Positions 1 to 8,893 are shown, numbered from the stretch's first letter. The stretch is 21,080 nucleotides of DNA from Bacilli bacterium (GCA_012516175.1 JAAYWZ010000081.1:1-21080), one strand, 5' to 3'. The notes: generated from the letters alone by a model not told the origin. Translations and numbers: made by a program.

Positions 1-1174
1 CAAAAAATGTTTCCATCTTTGCGTTATCAAGACAGTTTCCTCGTCTTGACATTGATTGTATTACTCCTAAATCTTTAAGTTTATTTACATAAGTTGGATT
101 AGTATAATGTCCTCCTTGATCAGAATGAATCATGACACCATTCATTTTATTTCTTCCCAATCTACTTGTTAATTGTTCTATTACATTAATTGATAATTCT
201 AATCCACATGTTTTTGAAACATGCCAAGCCACACATTCATTAGAACCAAGGTCTTTAACTACAGATAAATAATATCTATTATTTCCCCATATTAAATATG
301 TTATATCGGTTGCGTATACTGTATCTGGTTTCTTTACATCAAACTTTCTGTTTAGTACATTATCAAAATAATAATGTTTCTTATACTCATTATTTAAAGC
401 TGCATATGGTCTTTTCTTTCTCACCGTTGAACGAATCCCGTACTTCTTCATTAGTCTATATACCTTCTTAGGATTCATTATAATCCCTAAATCGTTCTTT
501 AAACTCATAGTTATCCTTAAATACCCATATTCCTTCTTCTTTGACCATATAGAGTGTATTATTTCAAAATCAGTCTTATCTTGTAACTCTCGTTTTTCTC
601 TCTTTTCACTATTATGTACCCACTTATAATATCCAGACCTAGATACATTGAAATATTTACATATCCTTTGAATAGACACTGTTGTTTTATCCTTTAATTC
701 GTTAATAAACTTATATATTATTTGAGTTGGCATATACTCATTATTATTTCTTCTTTTCACCACCTTTCCTTGCCATAATTGCTTTTTTAATTCTTCTATC
801 TCCATCTTTTGTGCTTCGATTATCTTTTCCTGTATTAACACCTTTTCTTCTAGCGTTATATTATCTACTTTCTTAGGTCTGCCTGTTTTACCTTTTTTAC
901 TTCTCCCTCGTGTCTCTTTATAAAATGACTCCTTTCCTAACTCATCATACTGTTTCATCCATTTCTTTATATATGATTTACAACATTCTTTTTCGTATGG
1001 TAAATTATGCATTTCAAATATTCTTCTTAAGGGGATTCCTTCTCTTCTTAGTTCAACTGCTTTTATTTTAAATTCTGGAGAATATTGAATAGTTTTACTC
1101 ACTTTAGATACGTATGGATTGTTTTCTAATTCTTTTCTATGTTCTTCGACATACTCTTTAAATTTTATCTTCAT
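1..1174 (-). CDS. IS3-family (IS150-like) transposase, fused OrfAB-type single ORF; partial, C-terminus continues past window start
   Basis: Manual reverse-strand translation from the ATG at 1174 (RBS GGAGG 7 nt upstream) gives one continuous ORF of 391 codons with no stop down to position 1. It begins MKIKFKEYVEEHRKELENNPYVSKVSKTIQYSPEFKIKAVELRREGIPL, which is an HTH. A leucine-zipper-like region follows (EEKVLIQEKIIEAQKMEIEELKKQLW). Then come DDE integrase motifs: DITYL, HSDQGGHYT and SMSRRGNCLDNAKMETFF. It is missing from the ORF track, presumably because it runs off the window edge. Confidence 0.9.
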   Translation of the reverse strand, partial: MKIKFKEYVEEHRKELENNPYVSKVSKTIQYSPEFKIKAVELRREGIPLRRIFEMHNLPYEKECCKSYIKKWMKQYDELGKESFYKETRGRSKKGKTGRPKKVDNITLEEKVLIQEKIIEAQKMEIEELKKQLWQGKVVKRRNNNEYMPTQIIYKFINELKDKTTVSIQRICKYFNVSRSGYYKWVHNSEKREKRELQDKTDFEIIHSIWSKKKEYGYLRITMSLKNDLGIIMNPKKVYRLMKKYGIRSTVRKKRPYAALNNEYKKHYYFDNVLNRKFDVKKPDTVYATDITYLIWGNNRYYLSVVKDLGSNECVAWHVSKTCGLELSINVIEQLTSRLGRNKMNGVMIHSDQGGHYTNPTYVNKLKDLGVIQSMSRRGNCLDNAKMETFF

Positions 1175-1214
1175 ATCAATATATCCTCCAACTCATTATT
1201 AGTCTCATTATAAT

Positions 1215-1265
1215 GAAAAATACCTATAAAGTATACTTTTTTAATTAGTGTCTACTTTATAGGTA
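1215..1265 (-). terminator. Stem-loop with T-run (as read on the minus strand) immediately 3' of the MATE gene; may also be the terminal hairpin of the IS
   Basis: Perfect 13-bp inverted repeat tacctataaagta (1221–1233) / tactttataggta (1253–1265). On the minus strand it is followed by TTTTT (complement of aaaaa at 1216–1220). It starts 9 nt after the MATE stop codon (1274–1276). Confidence 0.5.
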
Positions 1266-1273
1266 TAATAACA

Positions 1274-2647
1274 CTAAGAGGGGTTTAATTCTTGCTGGAT
1301 AATTCGTTTTTTCTTCCAGCGACCTGATAAGAAATATAATTGACCAAATAATAATGTGATTAAATAACTAATAGCGATAGCTATCCATACCCCATCAGGA
1401 CCCAGTGGTTTTGCGAGTATTTTAGCGAGTGGCACTCTAACCACCCAGAGGGCTGCGATGGTGAAGATTAATGGTGGTACAGTATCACCAGCACCCCTTA
1501 AGATACCATTAGTGATAAACATTAAACCAAATGGTATATAAGTAAAACCAACAATTCGTAAATAACGGGAGCCAATCCTTATTACCTCTGGATCTTTATT
1601 AAAGAAGCTGATAATAACTTCAGGAAAGATATATGCAAATAAAGTTATAAGGCTAGTAATACTTACGACTAGAATGGAACCCCATTTATAACCTTCTTTA
1701 ACTTTCTCATATTTTTGGGCTCCGAAACATTGTCCTGTAAAAGCAGAAACAGCTAAAGATAGGGATTGGGCTGGTAAATGGGCAAACTGATCAATTCTAC
1801 TAGTTACTCCAAAAGCATTAATGACATCACTACTATCAAAATCATTAATGATGGATACTAAGACCATCATCCCTAAAGATACTAGTGATTGTTGGATACC
1901 AGTAGGAAGACCTATTTTAATCATTTTAATCGTAAGATCTTTATTAAAGCGATAATCACTTAATTTATGGCTTATTAAGTGGAGCTTACGGTTCAGATAT
2001 ATAACTGAAAGGATAAAAGAAACTGCCTGGGAGATAAGTGTTGCGACGGAAGCTCCTTTAACTCCCAATTCTGGCAAAATCCACCAACCAACGATGAATA
2101 AGGGGTCTAAAACAATATTAAGGACACTCGTAATCGCCAAGAAGATTAATGGCGTTTTCGAGTCTCCTAAACCTCTTAAAATCGCACTAAAAACATTATA
2201 ACCAAACATGAAGATGAGACCATAGAAATAGATATTTAGATAATCTAAGGCATATTGAAGGTTTTCTGGTTTTATTTTCATTAATAAGAGAATATCTTTA
2301 CTAAAGATTAAACCAATAATGGTCATTACGATGGCACTTAAACCCAACACTAAGATAGAGTTATGAATAGTTTTATGCACCAACCCTTGGTTATTAGCGC
2401 CAGTGTATTGACTAACTAAGACACTTGTACCCATGGTAAAACCCATAATGAGGGAAACTAAAATAAATACTAAGGGGACGACGTTAGCCATAGCTCCTAA
2501 TGAATCTTTACCCACGAAACGTCCAACCCAGAATGTATCAGCAACACTATAGAAAGCTTGCAGAAGGTTTCCAATTAATAAGGGAATAGAGAATTTGACC
2601 AGATTCACTAAGACGCTTCCTTCGGTTAAATCGTACTTATTTTTCAC
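1274..2647 (-). CDS. MATE family multidrug efflux transporter (NorM/DinF-like)
   Basis: 457 aa with 12 predicted hydrophobic helices. The protein starts MKNKYDLTEGSVLVNLVKFSIPLLIGNLLQ...AFYSVADTFWVG, typical of the MATE family. Start codon is GTG, with RBS AAAGGAG 8 nt upstream. Confidence 0.85.
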   Translation of the reverse strand: MKNKYDLTEGSVLVNLVKFSIPLLIGNLLQAFYSVADTFWVGRFVGKDSLGAMANVVPLVFILVSLIMGFTMGTSVLVSQYTGANNQGLVHKTIHNSILVLGLSAIVMTIIGLIFSKDILLLMKIKPENLQYALDYLNIYFYGLIFMFGYNVFSAILRGLGDSKTPLIFLAITSVLNIVLDPLFIVGWWILPELGVKGASVATLISQAVSFILSVIYLNRKLHLISHKLSDYRFNKDLTIKMIKIGLPTGIQQSLVSLGMMVLVSIINDFDSSDVINAFGVTSRIDQFAHLPAQSLSLAVSAFTGQCFGAQKYEKVKEGYKWGSILVVSITSLITLFAYIFPEVIISFFNKDPEVIRIGSRYLRIVGFTYIPFGLMFITNGILRGAGDTVPPLIFTIAALWVVRVPLAKILAKPLGPDGVWIAIAISYLITLLFGQLYFLSGRWKKKRIIQQELNPS

Positions 2648-2721
2648 TAGTTCTAACTCCTTTGCTTATTATGTTAGGTTTATTATAAAATATGTTGTTT
2701 CGATGTTCAAGAATTTATCAA

Positions 2722-3048
2722 TTAAATATCACCGCCGCCACTTTCGTATACATATTTTAATAGATATAATGAAGCTATACAAGCATATATCCGACCCATC
2801 AATAAATGTCGATATGCTAGTTCAAGTTTGGGATCTTTATCTTCTTTCTTTTGATATTCCTCATAAGTGTTAATAGCTGTAGTTAAATCTAAGAAGTTAG
2901 ATAATGTTTCTAAATATGCTGCAAAAAGATTATATATTTTTTGCTTATCAGAATCGTTATTACTTGGGAAGATCGATTTTTGGATAATTAAAAAAGACGC
3001 AAAAAAACTCATGATATCGCTTAAATCATCAAGATTAATTTCCTTCAT
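2722..3048 (-). CDS. Hypothetical 108-aa protein upstream of and co-oriented with the MATE gene
   Basis: ORF with a plausible but weak RBS (gagaagag). I recognise no motif. It ends 74 bp before the MATE start. Confidence 0.35.
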   Translation of the reverse strand: MKEINLDDLSDIMSFFASFLIIQKSIFPSNNDSDKQKIYNLFAAYLETLSNFLDLTTAINTYEEYQKKEDKDPKLELAYRHLLMGRIYACIASLYLLKYVYESGGGDI

Positions 3049-3135
3049 AATAACACTCTTCTCTTGCTTATCTAATATAGAATATCAGATTATTAGATAA
3101 AAGATTATAAAATAAATGTACTAAACAGGAAAATT

Positions 3136-3178
3136 TGACTCTTATCATATTTATTTTATGATAGGGTTATGCTATAAT
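3136..3178 (+). promoter_or_regulatory. Candidate sigma-A promoter(s) for the ferredoxin gene
   Basis: TTGACT (3136–3141), 16-nt spacer, then TATGAT. Separately there is an extended -10, TGcTATAAT (3170–3178). The 12-mer atagggttatgc (3161–3172) lies between them and is repeated upstream of the next gene. Confidence 0.45.
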
Positions 3179-3213
3179 TATTGATGTATTAAACAAAAGA
3201 AAGGAATGGTAAA

Positions 3214-3408
3214 ATGAAAGCTTTTGTTGATAAAAATACTTGTATCGGTTGTGGTCTTTGCCCAACTATCTGTCCAGATATTTTCCGTATGGATGACGAT
3301 GGTTTAGCAATTGCGGAAGACATTGATATTCCTGAAGACATTCTTCCTAGCGCAAAAGAAGCAGAAGAAAATTGTCCTTCAAATTCCATAACGGTAGATA
3401 ACATGTAA
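3214..3408 (+). CDS. fdx: Single-cluster 4Fe-4S ferredoxin
   Basis: 64 aa, MKAFVDKNTCIGCGLCPTICPDIF...EENCPSNSI. It has the CxxCxxC...CP ligand pattern and the acidic character of small clostridial/Thermotoga-type ferredoxins. RBS is AAAGGAATGG. Confidence 0.85.
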   Translation: MKAFVDKNTCIGCGLCPTICPDIFRMDDDGLAIAEDIDIPEDILPSAKEAEENCPSNSITVDNM

Positions 3409-3432
3409 AGTAGCGTTTCGCTACTTTTTTTA
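3407..3432 (+). terminator. Rho-independent terminator of the ferredoxin gene
   Basis: gtagcg (3410–3415) – ttt – cgctac (3419–3424), followed by TTTTTTT (3425–3431). It begins right after the stop codon at 3406–3408. Confidence 0.85.
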
Positions 3433-3547
3433 TTAATGATAAATTGATTAATAATTATTAAATCGGACTTAAAAATTAAAAAAATATTGGTAAATTATGA
3501 CAAATATTGTAAAATAGGGTTATGCGTAGATTAGAGGAGAGATTACG

Positions 3548-6265
3548 TTGAAAAAGCGGAAGAGAAGTATAAGGCGAAGTATCAATCTATCATTGATTTT
3601 AATGGTGGTATTACTGGTCCTATCGATATTATGTTATCATTGCTTTAACAAAGAACGGGATAACTTAGAAAATACTACTAGTAAATTCAATAAATTGTTC
3701 TTATCTACTAATCAGTTAACTAACACTGTTTTCGAAATGGAACGTTTAATGAGTTTATATATAAAGGATAAAAATGTAGATGCTTATGAGGAGTATTTAG
3801 GTGAGTATTATAAATTTGAACATAATAGTTTTTTAACTGATGCTTTACTGTATCACTATCCGTTTTATGATGACGCCAAAGTGATTCATGAGATGATTAA
3901 AAAGTTACGTGATACTCACGCCGAAGGGACAATTGGGACACATGAACCAATAGTGGTAAAATTAGATAATTTTATCACCCGCATAACCCAACACCAGTTA
4001 GAATTAGAACAGCATCTTAATCGCCAAGTTAAATATCTTCAAGAATTATTTATTATTACAACGACAGCGACAATTTGTTATGGTTTATATTTTATCTTAA
4101 GATTATATTTCATTGTCGTAAAACCAGTTATAGATAATCAATCAATTTTAAAAGCCATTAACGAAGGACAGGAAGACTTACGTTTAATCTATAAATATAA
4201 TAATGATATTTCTGAGTTGTTTCATGGTTTAAATAAATATATTGATATTTCCCAAAACAGTATAAAACTAATCGAAGATCAATATAATCGCTTAAGAATT
4301 TATTCTGATTTTGGTGAAATCAACTTTGTCGAATATGACGCTACAGAAGAAATTATCAAAATTACTTTCTGTGCTAAACTAGTTAAACGCTGTAATTACG
4401 ATAGTAGTAATAAAACGTTTACCCTTCATGAGTTCGCTAAGATGATTCATCCTGATGATTTGCCAGTTTTTCAAGAAGCAGTAGAAGCTATTAAAGCTAG
4501 AGAAGACCGCGAATACAGGGTGGATTTACGCTTAAAATACCCTAATTGTGAAGATTATATGTATATATCAACTATTGGGCAAATATATCACGACAATGAT
4601 TTAACCTTTATGGGAGTCCAATTAGATATTACCTACTTAAAAGAAATCCAAATGAAATTGGCTGAGCAAGAAGAAATGTATCGCCTAATTATCGAAAATA
4701 CTTCAGACTTAATAGGGAAGATAAGTCCTGAAGGTAAACTCCTCTTTGCGAGTAAGGCTTATATTGAAACCTTTAGAGGTGTAAGAACTTATATTGATGA
4801 ATATGACCATTTAGTAAAAGTGATGAACAAAGATTGGTTCAAGAATATCTTTAAACCGCCTTACTCAACTAGAGAAGAAATTCTAGTGGAAACTACATAT
4901 GGTGATCGCTGGATTTCATGGCATAATGATGCTGTGATGAATGAGAATAATGAAGTAGAATACATCATTACAGTAGGACATGATATCACCGAAATCAAAC
5001 GGATGTATGATAAGTTAAAATATGATTCAGAACATGACTATTTAACAGATTTACTGAATCGGCGCGGTTTATATGGAAAATTGGACGAATTTAGTTCCTA
5101 TAATAGTCTCGCTGCTTTCTTTATTGATTTAAATAACTTCAAAAATATTAACGATTTATATGGACATGAGATTGGAGATAAAATTATAACCCTAATTGCA
5201 CAAGACTTAGCGAGTTTTCCCCATAGCAATCTCATCATTTCCCTCTTATCTGGTGATGAGTTTGTCATTCTCGTACCTAACTACAATGAAAATGGTTTGC
5301 TTGATAAAGTAAAAGAATATTTAAATAAACACATGAATATCACGTATCAAATTGATGGTATTGATATCTTTATCTCTACTTCAATTGGCTATGCTCTATA
5401 CCCTGATGATACATTAGATATCGAAACATTGATATCATATGCTGATATCGCGATGTATGAATGTAAGGTATCTCATCTCAATGAGTGTCTAAGATTTAAT
5501 CCACGGATGTATGAGACCGTTAATAAACGAGTGAAGATTGCCAATGACCTTAAACAAGCGATTGATAAAGATGAATTTATTATCTATTTCCAAGAAATTG
5601 TTAATGTAATTACTAATAAGGTAGAATACATCGAAGCTTTAGTACGTTGGGAATCAGATAAAGGTTTATTACTACCCAAAGATTTCATTCAAGTTGCGGA
5701 AGAAACAGGATTTATGCTAGTTCTCGATAATTTAGTAATCGACAAAGCCTTGAAACAGTTTGTTGAAATTAGGAAGAATCCTAAATATGCTGATACTATA
5801 CTTTCCATTAATGTAAGTAGGTTAAATTTACTCAATAGTAACTTCCCCCCCAATCTGTATCAACATGTCTTAAAACATAGTATTAGACCACAAGACATCT
5901 GTATTGAAATAAATGAAAATACTTTTATGAATAATATCGAATACTCAAGTTATCAAATTGCTCGGTTAAGAGAATGGGGCTTTAAAATCGCCATCGATGA
6001 TTTTGGTCGCGAGTACTCATCTTTATCTATTCTTAATAAGGTTACTTTTGATATTATTAAAATAGACCGTCTCTTTGTTGATAATTTAGATTCGCAATTA
6101 AGTGTAGAAATAATCAACATGGTTAATCGAATCGCAGAAGTATATCAACATGATGTAATTATAGAAGGTGTGGAAACAAGGGAAAAAGTTGAACAACTGA
6201 AGCATTTAGGCTGTTACTTGATGCAAGGTTACTATTTCTCAGAACCTAAAAAACTCATTGATTAG
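3548..6265 (+). CDS. Membrane-anchored sensory c-di-GMP phosphodiesterase. Two TM helices flank an ~140-aa extracytoplasmic domain, followed by PAS-like regions, a degenerate GGDEF domain (SGDEF) and an EAL domain
   Basis: TTG start with RBS GAGGAGAG 6 nt upstream. Hydrophobic segments are LSLILMVVLLVLSILCY and IITTTATICYGLYFILRLYFIVV. GGDEF domain onset is DYLTDLLNRRGLY; the signature is SLLSGDEFVILV (first Gly replaced by Ser, no RxxD I-site). EAL motifs are intact: EALVRWE, DDFGREYSSL, EGVET, QGYYFSEP. Confidence 0.85.
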   Translation: MKKRKRSIRRSINLSLILMVVLLVLSILCYHCFNKERDNLENTTSKFNKLFLSTNQLTNTVFEMERLMSLYIKDKNVDAYEEYLGEYYKFEHNSFLTDALLYHYPFYDDAKVIHEMIKKLRDTHAEGTIGTHEPIVVKLDNFITRITQHQLELEQHLNRQVKYLQELFIITTTATICYGLYFILRLYFIVVKPVIDNQSILKAINEGQEDLRLIYKYNNDISELFHGLNKYIDISQNSIKLIEDQYNRLRIYSDFGEINFVEYDATEEIIKITFCAKLVKRCNYDSSNKTFTLHEFAKMIHPDDLPVFQEAVEAIKAREDREYRVDLRLKYPNCEDYMYISTIGQIYHDNDLTFMGVQLDITYLKEIQMKLAEQEEMYRLIIENTSDLIGKISPEGKLLFASKAYIETFRGVRTYIDEYDHLVKVMNKDWFKNIFKPPYSTREEILVETTYGDRWISWHNDAVMNENNEVEYIITVGHDITEIKRMYDKLKYDSEHDYLTDLLNRRGLYGKLDEFSSYNSLAAFFIDLNNFKNINDLYGHEIGDKIITLIAQDLASFPHSNLIISLLSGDEFVILVPNYNENGLLDKVKEYLNKHMNITYQIDGIDIFISTSIGYALYPDDTLDIETLISYADIAMYECKVSHLNECLRFNPRMYETVNKRVKIANDLKQAIDKDEFIIYFQEIVNVITNKVEYIEALVRWESDKGLLLPKDFIQVAEETGFMLVLDNLVIDKALKQFVEIRKNPKYADTILSINVSRLNLLNSNFPPNLYQHVLKHSIRPQDICIEINENTFMNNIEYSSYQIARLREWGFKIAIDDFGREYSSLSILNKVTFDIIKIDRLFVDNLDSQLSVEIINMVNRIAEVYQHDVIIEGVETREKVEQLKHLGCYLMQGYYFSEPKKLID

Positions 6266-6274
6266 ATTAATAAC

Positions 6275-6306
6275 CTCCTATCAAAAGTGATTGATAGGAG
6301 TTTTAC
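6275..6306 (+). terminator. Rho-independent terminator of the GGDEF-EAL gene
   Basis: 10-bp stem ctcctatcaa (6275–6284) / ttgataggag (6291–6300), loop aagtga, then TTTTA. Confidence 0.7.
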
Positions 6307-6817
6307 ATGTAACTACTTTTTTATAAAACAGTTAACTATATATATTATTAATATACTTACCTCATTAATTACTTGTTCAAAACTTATGTACTGATTAAAG
6401 ACAATCTAATCTTTATAAATGTAATTATTGATTCACATGAAAACCTCTGTAATGTATTGTAAATTGGGCTGATATTAATTAAAACAACTTGACCTAACAA
6501 AAACGTTGATGTTACATTAAACAATATTAGTAACTTAACATTAGAGATTATTAAAGATAAATAATCAATATGTTATATCCTCATATATCAAACATCATGC
6601 TTTACTTTAGAAAACTTATATAAATATGGTCACTTAATAAGTAAATCAACAGCAAATTGAAAGAACTACTGAGAACCCTCATCAAGTTTATGGATTGATG
6701 AGAGTGAAATTTGAGGATAATAAGTTTAATTCAGTAGTTAGTAAGTTGATGAATGCTGATATTTTATTTGAGGTTATTAAGAGATTCATATAGTTATCTT
6801 TAGGGAAGGTGGTATAT

Positions 6818-7564
6818 ATGATTTATGAGAAGGGCGAGGTTGTATCTGCGACTAAATGCGATGTGAAGGCAAATTTATCATTAATAGGAGCGGTGGAACT
6901 TGTTCAAGACAATATTTGTTTTTATTTTGGAAATATGAAGATTGATCAAATCATTATGAAAAATCACCATAATGCGATTTGGATGTATACCAAGAATAAG
7001 CTTAAGTTTTATCATGACTTAACTTGGAACGATAAGTTTTTGCTTAGGTGTTTCATCTCTCAGATTACACCAGTTAGGTTAATTGTGGATACGGTATTCT
7101 TTAATGATAATAAAGACATCGCATTATATTCTAAAGTTGAGTTGTGTTTATTTGATTTAGAAAATCATAAGTTAAAACGGATTACTCCTGATATTATTTC
7201 ACCTGATTATGCCTGTCATAAATCTCTGATGGATTATTCTTATGATAAATTACTATTTGATGATAGTTTTACTTTAGTTGATGAAGTTAAAATCAGGGCA
7301 GGAAATATTGATTATTGTATACATACCAATAACATTGAATACTTGCGGTTTATTCTTAATACTTTTAATGTCAAGATGTTAGCGGAAGAAAGATTCAAAG
7401 AAGTTGAAATTCATTATTTAGCTCAATCAAAAGAGAATGATACTATTCAAATATATAAAAGTAAATGTAATGACAAACATGATTTTCTAATTAAACATGT
7501 AGCGAAAGATATTATCAAATGCCGGATTATTACCGAGCATAAATTGAGAGATAAGTTTGAGTAG
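6818..7564 (+). CDS. Acyl-ACP thioesterase family protein (FatA/FatB-like double hotdog)
   Basis: The ORF track opens at GTG 6809. The ATG at 6818 has RBS GGGAAGGTGG 5–6 nt upstream and is the more likely start. The protein (~248 aa) follows the layout of bacterial acyl-ACP thioesterases. The N-terminal hotdog reads Y.KGEVVSATKCDVKANLSL...LVQD. The C-terminal hotdog carries the conserved ...D.N.H(T/V)NN..YL... motif (NIDYCIHTNNIEYLRFIL). Confidence 0.6.
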   Translation: MIYEKGEVVSATKCDVKANLSLIGAVELVQDNICFYFGNMKIDQIIMKNHHNAIWMYTKNKLKFYHDLTWNDKFLLRCFISQITPVRLIVDTVFFNDNKDIALYSKVELCLFDLENHKLKRITPDIISPDYACHKSLMDYSYDKLLFDDSFTLVDEVKIRAGNIDYCIHTNNIEYLRFILNTFNVKMLAEERFKEVEIHYLAQSKENDTIQIYKSKCNDKHDFLIKHVAKDIIKCRIITEHKLRDKFE

Positions 7565-7714
7565 TTATAAAATGAATTATTTATCGGAACCCTAATCTTG
7601 ATATTATTGTTAAATTATGCATTTTATTTAACTTTTAGACAAGTGGTGTTATAATTAAAGAAAACATAACATTATTTGTTGTGTTGAATATTTTATATAA
7701 GAGGAGATGAAGGG

Positions 7715-8791
7715 ATGTTTAAACTTATCAGACGATTAATTACGTTGGTTATCTTACTAATCATCATCGTCCCTGCTGCCCTAATTGTACTAGCATTTAT
7801 CGATGATACTAAACCACCAATTTATCTAAAGAAAGAAGAAATCGAGCAATATCAAGATGTCGAAAAAGTCTTTCTATCCGATATTAATCAAACAGTATTT
7901 CAATTCATATCAGGGGATCGCACGCTTAGATTTCACGAAATAAATGTTAATAAAACAATTTATGGGTATTTTGCGGGATTTGATAAAGATGCGGAAAATC
8001 GCATCGGTAAAGAAATCGATAATTTTTATGTTGAGGGAATTTGGGTGGATGTTGAAGATAACCACTTAATTCTATATACCAAGTTATCATACATGAGACC
8101 ATCTACTACTATTTCTGCCAAAGTAAATGTCGATACTACGGATGATGAAGTAATATTAACTCTATCTGCTTTTAAAATAGGTAAATTATCAGTACCTAAG
8201 TTTGTCTTTACAAAATTATTAGAGAAGTTACAAATTGAAGTTAAAGAAGGCGAAATCATTGCCCAAACAGTACAACTTAAAATTAAGAAGGAAGTTATTC
8301 AACGCGAACTCGAAAACGCGATGGATAACAAGTTGATTCGCTTTGAAGATATAGTTCTTAATGAAGATGAAATAGTTATTTATTATGATTTAAATACATC
8401 AGCTAGTAGTCAAGCGGAAATCTTCCAACAAGCAATTGATGAGATAAAGAATGTTGTACAAAATGATTCGCTAGTAAGCAATATCGAAAACAAATTAAAT
8501 GAGTTGGATATACCTGCTGAAGATCAAGATAAAGTCGATGACTTTTTAGCAGATTTAAATGCGGTTAATGATTTGTTGAAGGATAAACTCAATAATCCTT
8601 CTGGGGTTACTGATGATGAACTTGAACTATTATTAGAGCTACAAGAAAGTTTCGAAACTATTCCTAATCAGCAGGAGGTTATTATAGAAGCCTTTGAAGC
8701 TACTTTTGATGCAGATTTAATCAATGATATAAACCAACTATTAAGCGATTTAGGATATAGTAGTATTGCGGATTTAATCTTTGGTAAATAA
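7715..8791 (+). CDS. Hypothetical membrane-anchored protein with one N-terminal TM helix and a long acidic, helix-rich C-terminal region
   Basis: 358 aa, RBS GAGGAG. N-terminus MFKLIRRLITLVILLIIIVPAALIVLAFI. The C-terminal third is rich in D/E/L. I recognise no catalytic motif. It has its own terminator. Confidence 0.7.
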   Translation: MFKLIRRLITLVILLIIIVPAALIVLAFIDDTKPPIYLKKEEIEQYQDVEKVFLSDINQTVFQFISGDRTLRFHEINVNKTIYGYFAGFDKDAENRIGKEIDNFYVEGIWVDVEDNHLILYTKLSYMRPSTTISAKVNVDTTDDEVILTLSAFKIGKLSVPKFVFTKLLEKLQIEVKEGEIIAQTVQLKIKKEVIQRELENAMDNKLIRFEDIVLNEDEIVIYYDLNTSASSQAEIFQQAIDEIKNVVQNDSLVSNIENKLNELDIPAEDQDKVDDFLADLNAVNDLLKDKLNNPSGVTDDELELLLELQESFETIPNQQEVIIEAFEATFDADLINDINQLLSDLGYSSIADLIFGK

Positions 8792-8804
8792 ACAAAGTGT
8801 ACTT

Positions 8805-8834
8805 GGTGCTGTTTTTACAGCGCCTTTTTATTTT
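8805..8834 (+). terminator. Rho-independent terminator
   Basis: ggtgctgt / acagcgcc, an 8-bp stem with one G·U pair and a tttt loop, followed by TTTTTATTTT. Confidence 0.75.
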
Positions 8835-8893
8835 ATTTACTAACAATATTGAATATGATATAATTAATGGTGTATTAGAAAGGGGGGCACAAT

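Larger units (their letters stand above)
1..1273 (-). mobile_element. Partial IS3-family insertion sequence; the end nearest the MATE gene lies somewhere between about 1210 and 1273, and the other end is outside the window
   Basis: It contains the transposase above. On the IS strand the terminal region reads TGTTATTATACC... starting at + coordinate ~1273, which fits a TG...CA-type IS3 end. The exact boundary cannot be fixed without the second inverted repeat. Confidence 0.6.

Noticed and set aside
2595-3100. ORF-track entries 2595–2873 (+) and 2867–3100 (+)
   Set aside because: They lie antisense to or overlap the MATE 5' end and the 108-aa ORF. They have no RBS, are rich in low-complexity I/F/K, and have no recognisable motifs. 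They are probably spurious AT-rich ORFs.
3189-3404. 71-aa minus-strand ORF opposite the ferredoxin gene
   Set aside because: It is exactly antisense to a well-supported ferredoxin CDS and has no RBS. It is a shadow ORF.
3161-3525. Reading the shared atagggttatgc motif as a sigma-B-type -10 (GGGTAT)
   Set aside because: No GTTTAA-like -35 occurs at the right spacing upstream of either copy. It is kept only as an unexplained shared motif.
3527-3532. TAGATT as the -10 of the GGDEF-EAL gene
   Set aside because: It lies only 1–2 nt from the RBS, so a transcript initiated from it would lack the Shine-Dalgarno. The real promoter must lie further upstream and could not be pinned down confidently.
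3972-3980. Reverse-complement 9-mer copy (gcataaccc) of the shared motif inside the GGDEF-EAL coding region
   Set aside because: A 9-mer match is expected by chance in 21 kb of two-strand sequence, and it is intragenic.
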